Positions 21,004 to 31,666 are shown, counted from the stretch's first letter. The stretch is 64,000 nucleotides of DNA from Candidatus Hydrogenedentota bacterium (GCA_045863295.1 BTWA01000002.1:235137-299136), one strand, 5' to 3'. The notes: generated from the sequence alone by a model not told the origin. Program-made: numbers and translations.

Positions 21004-21363
21004 TCACTCCGGATAGTATTGATCCGCCAGATCGAAGGGTGGAATGCCAATGACAAGCGATTCCAGGTTGTCGCCCTCGGCATAGTGAACGGCGTAGGGT
21101 TTGATCCAGACACAGTCCCCCGGTGCAAGCGGTACGCGCTCGCCATCTATGACGAGGTGCCCAGTTCCGGAAAGTACGTAATAGTACTCGTGGGCAATTT
21201 TGTGAAAGTGCGGACGGGCATTGTCGATCCGCAGATGTGAAATGCTCGCCGGAGCCGCGTCATCCTTCCTGATAATTCGCCTCCGGAATCCGCATGTGCT
21301 CCGGTCCTCCGCCGAATCGGCCGTGGAGATTTTTACAAACCGCGCTTCTTGCGTCGTCGCCAT
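21004..21363 (-). CDS. Cupin domain protein
   Basis: HFHKIAHEYYYVLSGTG...PGDCVWIKPYAVH. Confidence 0.88.
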   Translation of the reverse strand: MATTQEARFVKISTADSAEDRSTCGFRRRIIRKDDAAPASISHLRIDNARPHFHKIAHEYYYVLSGTGHLVIDGERVPLAPGDCVWIKPYAVHYAEGDNLESLVIGIPPFDLADQYYPE

Positions 21364-21480
21364 GACGGGATCTCTCCTGGAATGCGTTTCAGGAACCGGA
21401 TCATACGGAAGTCGCGCGCCGCCTGCAAAGAATTGGGCTTGCCTGTGTAACAAGGCACAAGCCGGCTGGCCTGACGTGAC

Positions 21481-22539
21481 TCAAAATGGGTCAAGGGCAT
21501 GGATAAACAATATGGACAAGTCCTTTTCCGGCACGAAATCTTTCTTCTTCACTTGGAACCGATGGTCGCCGGTTTTTTTCAACCCTTCCACGGCGGTCGA
21601 TACAGCTACCGGAGTCGCGCCGCCGGGCTTTTCAATGGTCAAGGTGAATTCCTTGATTGGCCCCTTCCAATATGCAGCCGTTGTCAAGATGTAATCGACG
21701 ACCACAAAGCTGAACCGTTTGTTCGCCGCCAATTGCTTTTTCGCCCAGCCCAGCACGCTTTGGTCGATTTCGAATCGTTTCTGAAACTCGCTTGTCTGCG
21801 ATACAAACTCGGCCGACCCAAATTTTGGCACTTTGTCATATTCAAGCGTGCGGTTGTTCACACGTTCATAAAATGGATCGAGATGCCACTCGCCCAGGTA
21901 CCCGCGTTGCGGCTCATATTCATGTTCCACTCGCAATTCCGCATTTGATGGAAATACCTGTTCCCACACGTAGGCGGTCTGCACAAACCAAACGGGGAAG
22001 ACACGGTCTTCTTGTTTGGCCATCACCCCGGCCTCGATGAGTTCAGTTTTTGCCGCATCGGACAACGCGTCAAGTTTTTCCCATACTTTTTCCGGGTCTC
22101 CCGTCAAACCGTGTTTGGCCACAATTTCTGTCACGTCCTTTGCCACCTTCCAGTCGCCGCGTGTCGGCACGGGCCATTTCTTGTCCGGATTTTCCACCAT
22201 TACCGCGCGATTGATGGTGCGATACTCCACTGGTTGGCCATCCACCTTTACCGTGAACTTGGCGTAGTTTGGTTTCATCCCCTCAAAATCGCCCAGTCCA
22301 TAAACCGGCAATGGAAATGCCACTTCTGTCTTGAACTCCTCCGGGGTCGTATTGCGAAAAACGTAGGAAACCCGAATCAGATCCTCGCTGATGAAAAGTT
22401 CTTCCTTTTCCATGCTTACCGCATCTGTCTTCTTGAATAGGATCCCGCCCGCGGGGACGGACAAGAACGGGCCGTCGTTGGCCACCGCTGTTGCCGCAGT
22501 CATGGCGAGAGTGGTCACAATCCAAATTACACGTTTCAT
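21481..22539 (-). CDS. DUF4424-like secreted protein
   Basis: ANDG...GGI...SMEKEELFIS, VAFPLP, YILTTAAYWKGPIKEF. Confidence 0.75.
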   Translation of the reverse strand: MKRVIWIVTTLAMTAATAVANDGPFLSVPAGGILFKKTDAVSMEKEELFISEDLIRVSYVFRNTTPEEFKTEVAFPLPVYGLGDFEGMKPNYAKFTVKVDGQPVEYRTINRAVMVENPDKKWPVPTRGDWKVAKDVTEIVAKHGLTGDPEKVWEKLDALSDAAKTELIEAGVMAKQEDRVFPVWFVQTAYVWEQVFPSNAELRVEHEYEPQRGYLGEWHLDPFYERVNNRTLEYDKVPKFGSAEFVSQTSEFQKRFEIDQSVLGWAKKQLAANKRFSFVVVDYILTTAAYWKGPIKEFTLTIEKPGGATPVAVSTAVEGLKKTGDHRFQVKKKDFVPEKDLSILFIHALDPF

Positions 22540-22604
22540 GCCGAGTTCCTTTTCAATGCGGACCGCTGGGATGCGTTTTAGCGGGCTTCACGATTCGACT
22601 GCCG

Positions 22605-23318
22605 TCATTTGGCCTTGGAGTCCTGTTCGCTTGTTGCCGTGGCCTCGGCTATTCCCAGTGCCGCTTCAATGTGTCTTGCTACTTCCTGAGCGAGCACTTT
22701 GGAGCCCTCTTCGGTGAAGTGGACATTCTTCGGGATTTGAATCTCCGTGAGGCGTGGCAGCGCAAACGTGTACAAATCGTCAATGGCCACCTCATGGCGT
22801 TTCATAATCTCCAGCGCGGCCTCGTTGTAACGCGTCACATCGGCCACTTCTCGAAGCGGCCCGTCGGGCTTTTCCGGGAATGGGGTGGTCGTTGCGAAGA
22901 TGAGTTTGGCGCCGGTCTTTTTCAACCGATCGACAATCGCTTCCAGATTCTTGGCGTACTGTTCCAGGGGTATCTGAATATGACCCAGTTCCTTGGATGC
23001 CACGTTTTTGCCCGCATCGTCTACATATTTGAGGTCGTGCAGTCCGTGATTAAAGTGAATCACGTCCCACTGCGTGTCACCCAGCCATGCCTCGATATTC
23101 TCCAGTCCCTTGCCGGAATGCGCCGCATTGCCGGGGTTGTGAACAACAACGGCCTTTCCCTGGAGCAGGGACTCAAGCGGCTTCATATAACCGATGGATA
23201 TGGAATCGCCGATGATCAATACGTTGGGCCTGTCTGCCGTGGCATCCTCCGATCGTGCCGTGCCTGAGAACGCACACAGGAGTCCGGCTGCCAGGACTGC
23301 ACTAAAACGTCTGCCCAT
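22605..23318 (-). CDS. SGNH/GDSL hydrolase
   Basis: IGDSISIGY, FNHGLHD, NVHF; signal peptide. Confidence 0.9.
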   Translation of the reverse strand: MGRRFSAVLAAGLLCAFSGTARSEDATADRPNVLIIGDSISIGYMKPLESLLQGKAVVVHNPGNAAHSGKGLENIEAWLGDTQWDVIHFNHGLHDLKYVDDAGKNVASKELGHIQIPLEQYAKNLEAIVDRLKKTGAKLIFATTTPFPEKPDGPLREVADVTRYNEAALEIMKRHEVAIDDLYTFALPRLTEIQIPKNVHFTEEGSKVLAQEVARHIEAALGIAEATATSEQDSKAK

Positions 23319-23474
23319 AAGACCTCCCTCATAGACCGTACGGATTTACACTCCAGTATTCAGAGGGCATCAGACTACTTTTCCCCGATCCGTGCGTCAA
23401 TGGTGCTATTGGTTGCATGTGCCGCTCCCTGACTTGCCCGCAACAGCGCCGCCACGTACTATGAAGCGACTGAA

Positions 23475-24587
23475 ATGGGGTCTTGGGGTTCCACTGGCGT
23501 GTTTGAATTGCTTCCCAACATGCATTACTGGCCGCGCACCTATATTCAGACGGGGTGCACGGCTTTCGTGGTGGCCGCCCTCGGGACTCCCCTTGCCATT
23601 TTCGTGCTGCGTAGGCTGGGCATTATGGACACACCCGGCGATCACCGGATTCATGATCGGCCGATTCCCCGTGGAGGCGGCATCATCATCTTCATCGCCT
23701 TTGCCGTGGCCGTGCTCCTGCCCAACTACCGGGACAATCCGATGAAAGGCGTAATGCTCAGCGCGTTTATTTGCCTGGTCATTGGTTTTCTCGACGATTG
23801 GCGAGGCGGAGTGCCTGCCGTTCTGAAGCTTGCCACGTTGGCGCTGGTCACATTCATAATGTACAGCTATGGCGTATCCCTCCGGATATTTCCGTGGGCA
23901 TCTCTCAATGTGCTGTTTACTTTGATTTGGATGGTCGGCGTCACGTCTGCCTTTAACGGTCTCGACAATATGGACGGGCTTGCGACCGGCGTTGCGTCTA
24001 TTGCCTCCGCCATGTATTTCATCATCGCCCTTCAGACGTTTCTAATTTTTGGCCGGGAGACCGACCTGTCCTGGTTTGGTTTGCTCGCCGCGGGCTTGAT
24101 CGGCGCGAATCTCGGTTTTCTCATTTACAACTTTAAGCCGGCCCGAATATTTATGGGCGACGCGGGGAGTTTTTTTCTAGGGTACATGCTCGCGGCGCTC
24201 GGCGTCATGGGCCAGTGGACGTTGAATCCGATAATCGCCGTGACGATTCCCGTGCTGATACTGGGCGTTCCCCTGTTCGATTTCACGTACATACTCGTTG
24301 CCCGAATCATGCGGGGCGAAACGCGCACGCTTTATCAGGTCATTACCCATTCCGCGCCGGATCACTTGTCACACCGGCTCGTGTGGATGGGTTTTTCCCA
24401 GCGCAAGGCCGTTCTCTTCATATACTTGATCTCCTTCGCGCTCGGCGTGTCGGGTATTCTTTTGCGGAATGCCAGCAGCCTCGTCGACAACGCCCTTGCT
24501 TTGTTCCAGGGATTCGCCATTGTCGCCATTGTCATCGGTCTTATGGCAACGGCCACGCGAAGGCATCTGGCCAATGGAGCCAAATGA
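23475..24587 (+). CDS. MraY/WecA/TagO-like polyprenyl-phosphate sugar-1-phosphate transferase (glycosyltransferase family 4)
   Basis: IPRGGG, GFLDD, FNGLDNMDGL, IFMGDAGS, DHLSHRL. Confidence 0.9.
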   Translation: MGSWGSTGVFELLPNMHYWPRTYIQTGCTAFVVAALGTPLAIFVLRRLGIMDTPGDHRIHDRPIPRGGGIIIFIAFAVAVLLPNYRDNPMKGVMLSAFICLVIGFLDDWRGGVPAVLKLATLALVTFIMYSYGVSLRIFPWASLNVLFTLIWMVGVTSAFNGLDNMDGLATGVASIASAMYFIIALQTFLIFGRETDLSWFGLLAAGLIGANLGFLIYNFKPARIFMGDAGSFFLGYMLAALGVMGQWTLNPIIAVTIPVLILGVPLFDFTYILVARIMRGETRTLYQVITHSAPDHLSHRLVWMGFSQRKAVLFIYLISFALGVSGILLRNASSLVDNALALFQGFAIVAIVIGLMATATRRHLANGAK

Positions 24588-24614
24588 CTCCTCCAACCCA
24601 GCGAGGTATTTTCC

Positions 24615-25886
24615 GTGAAGTGCATCATCGCTCTGATTCTCACGATTCCTGTATTTGCCGCCCCAGCGGGCGCCGTCACGCTTCGTGTGACCGAATTTGG
24701 AGCTATTGCCGATGGCCAGAGCGATTGCACGGCGGCTTTCCAGCGAGCGTTGGACGCCGCCGCGGCCGCCAATGGGGGAATCGTGGAGGTTCCCACCGGC
24801 CTGTACAGCTTTGACGGCACCTTGAACGTGCCCATGGGGGTGGCGCTGCGAGGTGTCTTTCAGTACGCCCCTTCCCATGCGGGCATCCGAGACCGTTCGG
24901 CGGAAAGGCCTGAGTACGGCACTGTGTTGTTACCCCGATCCGGGGCCGGCGACGAAGCCAGCGCGCCGTTTATCACGCTCGGCACGAATAGCGTGCTCCA
25001 GGGGGTGTGCATTCACTATCCCGACCAGAAGCCTGACGCTGAGTCGCCCACGCCCTACCCGTTCGCGATTGCGATGCGGGGTAACAACCCGGCCGTCATC
25101 GATGTGGAGCTCTTGAATCCGTACAAGGCCATAGACGCCAGCCAGAACCAGCGCCACCTCATTCGCAACGTCCACGGCCAGCCTATCGCCATGGGTATCT
25201 ATGTTGATGTCATCTACGACATTGGCCGGATAGAAAACGTCCACTGGAACCCGTGGTGGTCTATCGGCACGCCGGTGTACAAGTGGCAGACTGAGAACGG
25301 CGTTGGGTTCTTTTTTGGCAAGACCGATTGGCATTACGTCCACAATACGTTTTGTTTTGGTTACAACGTCGGCTACAAGTTTGCGGAAACCGAAAAGGGG
25401 GTTTGCAACGGCAACTTCCTGGGTATTGGCGCGGACGACTGTTTTACCGCCGTCCATATCGAAAACAGCTCACCGTACGGCATCCTTATTACCAACGGCG
25501 AGTTCGTTTCTTTTCATGGGCCCGACCCCACCATGGTTAGGGTCGACGAGACCAATACCGGTACGGTGCGGTTTGTAAACAGTGCTTTCTGGGGTCCCTG
25601 CAACCGCATCGCCTTTGTGGAAGGCAAGGGTGTGATTGGGTTTAGCGATTGCACCTTCTTCCAATGGGCCCATCACGGCAGGGACTACCCCGCCATCGAT
25701 GTGGTGGGGGGTACGATACTCGTACGGGGGTGCGAATTCGCCCAGGATCGCAAGCATGTGACGCTGCGCAGGCCTGTTGACCGGGCGATCATCACGGAGA
25801 ATATCGTTCCCTTTGAACCCCACATTCAAAACCGGGCGTATGGCAACGTGGTCATAAGGGACAATGTGGGGGTCCCCAAATTGTAA
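24615..25886 (+). CDS. Secreted right-handed beta-helix protein (pectate lyase superfamily/GH28-related)
   Basis: VTEFGAIADGQSDCTAAFQRALD, GGIVEVPTGLY; signal peptide. Confidence 0.8.
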   Translation: MKCIIALILTIPVFAAPAGAVTLRVTEFGAIADGQSDCTAAFQRALDAAAAANGGIVEVPTGLYSFDGTLNVPMGVALRGVFQYAPSHAGIRDRSAERPEYGTVLLPRSGAGDEASAPFITLGTNSVLQGVCIHYPDQKPDAESPTPYPFAIAMRGNNPAVIDVELLNPYKAIDASQNQRHLIRNVHGQPIAMGIYVDVIYDIGRIENVHWNPWWSIGTPVYKWQTENGVGFFFGKTDWHYVHNTFCFGYNVGYKFAETEKGVCNGNFLGIGADDCFTAVHIENSSPYGILITNGEFVSFHGPDPTMVRVDETNTGTVRFVNSAFWGPCNRIAFVEGKGVIGFSDCTFFQWAHHGRDYPAIDVVGGTILVRGCEFAQDRKHVTLRRPVDRAIITENIVPFEPHIQNRAYGNVVIRDNVGVPKL

Positions 25887-26102
25887 GACATCGAAACATC
25901 TTGCAATCATGGGGTCCCGGCGGCTACACTTTAGGGGCTTAGATCGTCGGTTAAGCCATGCAGACAAACGGCCTATCCTGTCCGGATATTGTTTGTCGCA
26001 TCATTGCCCCCCGCCCGGTGATCGGGCTATGACACCCGCCAGGGCCGGTTGTAAACGGCCCAACGGCACCGACATTGCACTTGGACCCTGGAGTATTCGT
26101 AC

Positions 26103-26984
26103 ATGAGAAAGTACTTGCCCGATTACTGCACCGTTCGTACATTTAAGTGGCCGACTGCCATCGTCATTGGCCTGATTCATGTGGCGGCCCTTGCGGCTCC
26201 TTTTACCTTTTCCTGGACCGGCCTTATCCTATGCCTTGTGTTGTATTACATGTCCGGCGGATTGGGCATTACGCTTTGTTACCACCGGTTTCTGACGCAT
26301 AGCAGCTTCAAGACTTACGCGCCCGTGAAGTGGTTTATCACCACTTGCGCGGTACTTGCGTTTCAGGGCAATCCCACGTCCTGGGTATCGGCGCATCGTG
26401 TGCACCACAAGGAATCGGATCACGAACCGGATCCTCATTCCCCGGTGGTCGTGAATTTTCTGTGGGGCCACATCCTTTGGTTGTTCTGGCGTCAACCGGG
26501 TTTGGCCACGCGCGAGGAAGAGCAGCATTACACCAAGGATCTGCAACGCGATGCGGCCGTTCGGTTCTTTGACAAGTCGTTTCTTCTCATTAACATCTTG
26601 TTTGCCGCGGGCTTGTACGGGGCGGGTTACCTGATTGCGGGCCCGGCTTTCGGTACTTCGCTTCTGGTGTGGGGGTTCTTCCTTCGCATAGTGCTTTGTT
26701 GGCACGGTACGTGGCTGGTCAATTCCGCCACACACCTTTGGGGTTATTCGAATTACACCACCGATGACAACAGCAAAAACAATTGGTGGGTGGCTCTGCT
26801 GAGTTTTGGCGAAGGCTGGCATAACAACCATCATGCCGATCAACGATCGGCGGCGCACGGTCACAAGTGGTGGGAATTCGATCTTACCTACGTGACGATC
26901 AGACTCCTTGAGAAGTTGGGACTTGCGTGGGATGTTGTGGTTCCGCGCAACATGCAGAAGATGGACATGCGCAAGGCGGCATAG
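26103..26984 (+). CDS. Delta-9 acyl-lipid/acyl-CoA fatty acid desaturase
   Basis: His boxes HRFLTH, HRVHH, HNNHH; GEGWHNNHH. Confidence 0.95.
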   Translation: MRKYLPDYCTVRTFKWPTAIVIGLIHVAALAAPFTFSWTGLILCLVLYYMSGGLGITLCYHRFLTHSSFKTYAPVKWFITTCAVLAFQGNPTSWVSAHRVHHKESDHEPDPHSPVVVNFLWGHILWLFWRQPGLATREEEQHYTKDLQRDAAVRFFDKSFLLINILFAAGLYGAGYLIAGPAFGTSLLVWGFFLRIVLCWHGTWLVNSATHLWGYSNYTTDDNSKNNWWVALLSFGEGWHNNHHADQRSAAHGHKWWEFDLTYVTIRLLEKLGLAWDVVVPRNMQKMDMRKAA

Positions 26985-26998
26985 CCTAATCCAAACGA

Positions 26999-27256
26999 TT
27001 ATCGTGGCCGGGAGGACCTTGGGGTCTTTCCGGCCTTTTTCTGTTGTAGCTGTTGATTTCCAGAAGGGTTTTTCGGCCTCGCGGGCGGCTTTTTGGGTAC
27101 CTTTGCCCCTGCTTCGCGGGCTTCGGATAGTCCGATAGCGATTGCCTGTTTCCGGTTTGTGACTTTTTTACCCGTGCTCGAGCGCAACGTGCCGTGCTTG
27201 AACTCCCGCATTGTTTTACCCACTTTTTCTTGTGCTTTTTTGCCGTACTTGGGCAT
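26999..27256 (-). CDS. Small basic DUF6496-like protein
   Basis: MREFKHGTLRSSTGKKVTNRKQAIAIGLSEAR; AAGGAG RBS. Confidence 0.82.
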   Translation of the reverse strand: MPKYGKKAQEKVGKTMREFKHGTLRSSTGKKVTNRKQAIAIGLSEAREAGAKVPKKPPARPKNPSGNQQLQQKKAGKTPRSSRPR

Positions 27257-27501
27257 GGCTGTCACTCCTTGCCTGTGCGGACCGAACTTGATCCCGCGTC
27301 GTTCTCCAATAAGTGTACTTTCCGAACGATTTATCCCGTATCGGCGTGGTTCTGATAGGGCCATGAGAGTCAGCCCCGAATTTGCGCTGGGCATTCGTCC
27401 TGCGCGCATTGAAGTCTAGTGCTTGATTTTGTCGTATGCAGCCAACTACATTCCTCTGGTAGCTACAATCTGTGGGGTGTTCAATCCGGGAGTTATACGC
27501 C

Positions 27502-28542
27502 ATGTTGTATTCCTTTGTGCGACAAGTTGCTTTGGTGAGCATCGCCGCCGTGATTTGCGTTGGCTTTACCGGTTGTTACAAGAGCATTCGCAAGAATGCC
27601 AAGGACATGACCACCCAGGAACGGGATGATTTTGTTGCGGCAATCCTTCTTCTGAAGGAAACGCCCTCGCCGTTTGAAGACGGCATCAGCTATTACGATC
27701 AGTTTGTGAAGTGGCATGTCGAGATCAACAACTGCCTTGGGTACAGCTATCATGCGGGTCCCGCCTTTCTGCCGTGGCACCGCGCTTTCTTGATGCAGTT
27801 TGAATTGGCGTTGCGCGAAGTCAGCGGCAAAGACATTTCGGTGCCGTATTGGGAATGGAACGATCCGGAGAGCACGGCGGCGGTGTTCAACGAAGAGTTC
27901 ATGGGTACCAGCGGCGATCCTAACGATCTGTTCGCGCTCGACAACGGTCCGTTCCGGAAAGGCGAATTCGCGGTATCGGTATTCATGGACATGGATCCGC
28001 ACAAGTTTCCGCACATCGTGCGCAACATTGGATCCTCCTTCATGCCCGTGTTGCCTACCCCGGCGCAAATCGAGACGGCGCTGGGCGTCGAGACGTACGA
28101 CGTGTTTCCCTGGAACGAGTTCAGCCCAATCGACGAGAGTTTTCGCAACCATATCGAAGGGTTTCGCGGCACGACAAATGTCATGTGCATGGAGGACGGC
28201 ATGATTGTGCGCCAAGGCACGGGGGAAACGGCCATGCATAACCAGGTGCACAATTACGTGGGCGGCGCTTGGGTAGAGAACAGTATCCAATACGGGGGGA
28301 CGATGTTGTTGCATTCCTCGCCTGCCGATCCCATTTTCTGGCTGCACCATGCGTATGTGGACAAGCTCTGGGAAGAGTGGATGCAACGCCACGGCAAGCG
28401 ATACGCTCCTTTCTTCGGCGGCCGCGAGCATCATAACGCGGTGGACGTGCTCTGGCCGTTTACCAAAGAGATCGTCGGTAAGAATGTTCGTGCCATCGAC
28501 GTGATCGACCTGAAAAAGACTGGCGTACAATACGCGGAGTAA
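27502..28542 (+). CDS. Tyrosinase family (type-3 copper) lipoprotein
   Basis: CuA H...H..PAFLPWHR, VPYWEW, CuB HNQVH...DPIFWLHH; lipobox FTGC. Confidence 0.9.
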   Translation: MLYSFVRQVALVSIAAVICVGFTGCYKSIRKNAKDMTTQERDDFVAAILLLKETPSPFEDGISYYDQFVKWHVEINNCLGYSYHAGPAFLPWHRAFLMQFELALREVSGKDISVPYWEWNDPESTAAVFNEEFMGTSGDPNDLFALDNGPFRKGEFAVSVFMDMDPHKFPHIVRNIGSSFMPVLPTPAQIETALGVETYDVFPWNEFSPIDESFRNHIEGFRGTTNVMCMEDGMIVRQGTGETAMHNQVHNYVGGAWVENSIQYGGTMLLHSSPADPIFWLHHAYVDKLWEEWMQRHGKRYAPFFGGREHHNAVDVLWPFTKEIVGKNVRAIDVIDLKKTGVQYAE

Positions 28543-28600
28543 CTTGGGCGAACTTGCCGAGGCATCTGTTTGCGGGGCGTGATTCCTGTGTGGGATGGAA

Positions 28601-28653
28601 GGGACGGGAAAGACATAAGGGACATAATGGACGCAGGGGACGTAGGGACATCA
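28601..28653 (+). repeat. Degenerate ~9-bp tandem repeat (GGGACATAA-like x6)
   Basis: gggacggga/aagacataa/gggacataa/tggacgcag/gggacgta/gggacatca. Confidence 0.6.
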
Positions 28654-28902
28654 AGATGGCCCTTCGCCGCTTTTTATTGACGTTAAAGTGGCGCGCTTGA
28701 GCGCTGCGGACCCCACTGCCATTTCCGCACTGGTGCGTACTTCGATCTGCCTCCCACTCAATCGTACCCGAGGGGTGGCGGTTGCGCGGGGTTTTGGGTA
28801 CGGGATATGATAACCCATTGCGGCGGGTGGATTTTGCTTGGGCCGGGTTTCCGACGCCGGATCGCCGCATTTCTGTAACTCGTTTACCCTGTGAGGTGTG
28901 TT

Positions 28903-31173
28903 ATGGCTTTTGATTTCGACATGATCGAGAAGATTTATGCGGCGTTGGGCGGCAAGGTGAATGCCGCGCGGTCGCTGGTTGGGCGGCCGCTGACGCAGGC
29001 GGAGAAGATTCTGTACGCGCACTTGTTCGATGCGTTGCCGGGCAAGGCGTTTGGCCGTGGGTCGGATTATGTCGATTTTGCGCCGGATCGGGTCGCGATG
29101 CAGGATGCGACGGCGCAGATGGCGTTGTTGCAGTTCATGCAGTGCGGGCGGGCGGTGACGGCGGTTCCGTCGACGGTTCATTGCGATCACCTGATTCTGG
29201 CGGAATCGGGCGCGAAGAGCGATTTGCTGAAGTCCATCGACGTGAACAAGGAAGTGTTCGACTTTTTATCCTCCGTTTCGAACAAGTATGGCATCGGTTT
29301 TTGGAAGCCGGGCGCGGGCATTATCCACCAGGTTATTTTGGAGAATTATGCGTTTCCCGGGGGGATGATGGTGGGCACCGACTCCCACACGCCCAATGCG
29401 GGTGGATTGGGGATGGTGGCGATTGGCGTGGGCGGCGCGGATGCTGTTGATGTGATGGCGGGCATGGCGTGGGAGTTAAAATGGCCCAAACTCATCGGCG
29501 TACATCTTACCGGCAAGATGAGCGGTTGGACTTCGCCGAAGGATGTGATACTCAAGGTCGCCGACATACTGACGGTGAAGGGTGGTACGGGGGCCATTGT
29601 GGAGTATTTCGGACCCGGGGCGGAGACCATGTCCTGCACGGGCAAGGGGACGATCTGCAACATGGGGGCGGAGATTGGGGCGACGACGTCGTTGTTCGCC
29701 TTCGACGATTCCATGGTTCGCTATCTGGAATCCACGGGTCGTGCCGACGTGGCGGCGGCGGCGGCGGCGGTAAGGGAGCATTTGCGTCCCGATCCCGAAG
29801 TGTATCAGGAGCCCTCGAAGTATTTTGACCAGCTTATCGAGATCAACCTGAGCGAGTTGGAGCCGCACGTGAACGGTCCGTTCACGCCTGATCTGGGATC
29901 GCCGATATCCAAACTGGCCGACAATGCGAAGGCGAATCAGTGGCCGATGGAGGTTGAAGTGGGGCTCATTGGGTCGTGCACGAATTCCTCGTATGAGGAT
30001 ATGGCGCGGGCGGCGTCTATTGCGCGTCAGGCCAAGGAAAAAGGCATCAAGGCAAAAGCCGAGTTTACGATAACGCCGGGATCCGAATTGGTGCGCGCCA
30101 CTATCGAGCGCGACGGGCTATTAAACGATTTCGAAGCCGTTGGCGGCGTGGTGCTGGCCAATGCGTGCGGTCCGTGCATTGGGCAATGGGCGCGGCACCG
30201 GAGTGGTCCGAAGGACGCGCCGAATACGATTGTGACCTCGTTCAACCGCAATTTCGCCAAGCGCAACGACGGCAATCCGAAGACGCACGCTTTTGTCACG
30301 TCGCCTGAGATGGTGACGGCGCTGGTGTTGGGGGGGCGTCTGGATTTCAATCCGCTCAAAGATACGCTGACCAACGAGAAGGGCGAGCAGGTAAAGCTGG
30401 ATCCGCCCACCGGCGATGAATTGCCCCAAAAGGGTTTCGATTGCGAAGACCCTGGTTATGTCGCGCCGGCGGATGATGGCAGCGGGGTGGATGTGATCGT
30501 GAACCCCGATTCCGAGCGGCTTCAGTTGCTTGCGGGATTCGCGCCCTGGGAGGGCACCGACTTAGCCGGTTTGAAGTTGCTGGCGAAGTTTAAGGGCAAG
30601 TGCACGACGGATCACATTTCGATGGCGGGCCCATGGCTGCGATTCCGGGGTCACCTCGACAACATCGCTAACAATACATTTATTGGCGCCATCAACTTTT
30701 TCAATGGCGAGGCGAACAAGATAAAGAACCAGATCACCGGCGGCTATGGCGAAGTACCGGCCACGGCGCGGGCCTACAAGGCTGCGGGAGTCGGCAGTGT
30801 CGTCGTTGGTGATGAGAACTACGGCGAGGGGTCCTCCCGCGAGCACGCGGCCATGCAACCGCGCCACTTGGGCGTGCGCGCGATTCTGGTGAAGAGCTTT
30901 GCCCGGATTCACGAGACGAACCTGAAGAAGCAGGGGATGCTGGCGCTGACATTCGTGAATCCCGCGGATTACGACAAAATCCAGGAAGACGACACCCTCG
31001 ATATCGTGGGGTTGACCGAATTTGCTCCTGGGAAGCCTTTGACCATCGTTTTGCACCATGCGGACGGGTCCTCGGACCAGTTCCCGGTGAATCACACCTA
31101 TAACGAGTCCCAGATCGAGTGGTTCAAGGCGGGCGGGGCGTTGAATCTGATTAAGGCGCAGGTAGGGGGGTGA
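28903..31173 (+). CDS. Aconitate hydratase, mitochondrial-type
   Basis: [59 protein letters not shown]. Confidence 0.96.
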   Translation: MAFDFDMIEKIYAALGGKVNAARSLVGRPLTQAEKILYAHLFDALPGKAFGRGSDYVDFAPDRVAMQDATAQMALLQFMQCGRAVTAVPSTVHCDHLILAESGAKSDLLKSIDVNKEVFDFLSSVSNKYGIGFWKPGAGIIHQVILENYAFPGGMMVGTDSHTPNAGGLGMVAIGVGGADAVDVMAGMAWELKWPKLIGVHLTGKMSGWTSPKDVILKVADILTVKGGTGAIVEYFGPGAETMSCTGKGTICNMGAEIGATTSLFAFDDSMVRYLESTGRADVAAAAAAVREHLRPDPEVYQEPSKYFDQLIEINLSELEPHVNGPFTPDLGSPISKLADNAKANQWPMEVEVGLIGSCTNSSYEDMARAASIARQAKEKGIKAKAEFTITPGSELVRATIERDGLLNDFEAVGGVVLANACGPCIGQWARHRSGPKDAPNTIVTSFNRNFAKRNDGNPKTHAFVTSPEMVTALVLGGRLDFNPLKDTLTNEKGEQVKLDPPTGDELPQKGFDCEDPGYVAPADDGSGVDVIVNPDSERLQLLAGFAPWEGTDLAGLKLLAKFKGKCTTDHISMAGPWLRFRGHLDNIANNTFIGAINFFNGEANKIKNQITGGYGEVPATARAYKAAGVGSVVVGDENYGEGSSREHAAMQPRHLGVRAILVKSFARIHETNLKKQGMLALTFVNPADYDKIQEDDTLDIVGLTEFAPGKPLTIVLHHADGSSDQFPVNHTYNESQIEWFKAGGALNLIKAQVGG

Positions 31174-31337
31174 GTTCGGGGCCGGGAGCCTGAATAGGGC
31201 CTATCGTTTGGGGCGGTGGGGGTTTCTGGCATTCGGAGGTTGTTATTTTGGGGCGACTTGTGTAGAATGGTGGGCGGTAGGTACCGTTCTGTTCGTGCAT
31301 GTGCACATTTGGACCAAGCTGAAGGAGGATATGGGAC

Positions 31338-31475
31338 ATGTTGTTTGTACTGGCTTCGATTTTCAATTTTCCGTTGCTGCCGTATGACTGGGCGAATGTG
31401 ATCTTCAATTTCCTGACGGGTGGATTTGACGCTGCCATCCTGTTTTTCCGTGCTTTGGGCCTGCCCGTCGTCTGA
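31338..31475 (+). CDS. Small hydrophobic peptide (45 aa), not in ORF track
   Basis: MLFVLASIFNFPLLPYDWANVIFNFLTGGFDAAILFFRALGLPVV; AAGGAGG RBS; TTGTTA-17-TAGAAT promoter; terminator ~31559-31608. Confidence 0.65.
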   Translation: MLFVLASIFNFPLLPYDWANVIFNFLTGGFDAAILFFRALGLPVV

Positions 31476-31666
31476 TATCCGGGGCGGTCGTTGACGGAAA
31501 GATGCATTCCATGAACCTTCCCGATCGGGTGGGTTCGGGGAGTGAGTCTCGCTTTTGTGCGGGACGTACCGGCAAGTATTTGCTGAAGGGTATGTCCCGC
31601 TTTTTTATTTGCCTTTTTCGCGGTTCCAGGGGTTCGAATTTTGCCGGGGGGCGAGGATACATCGAG

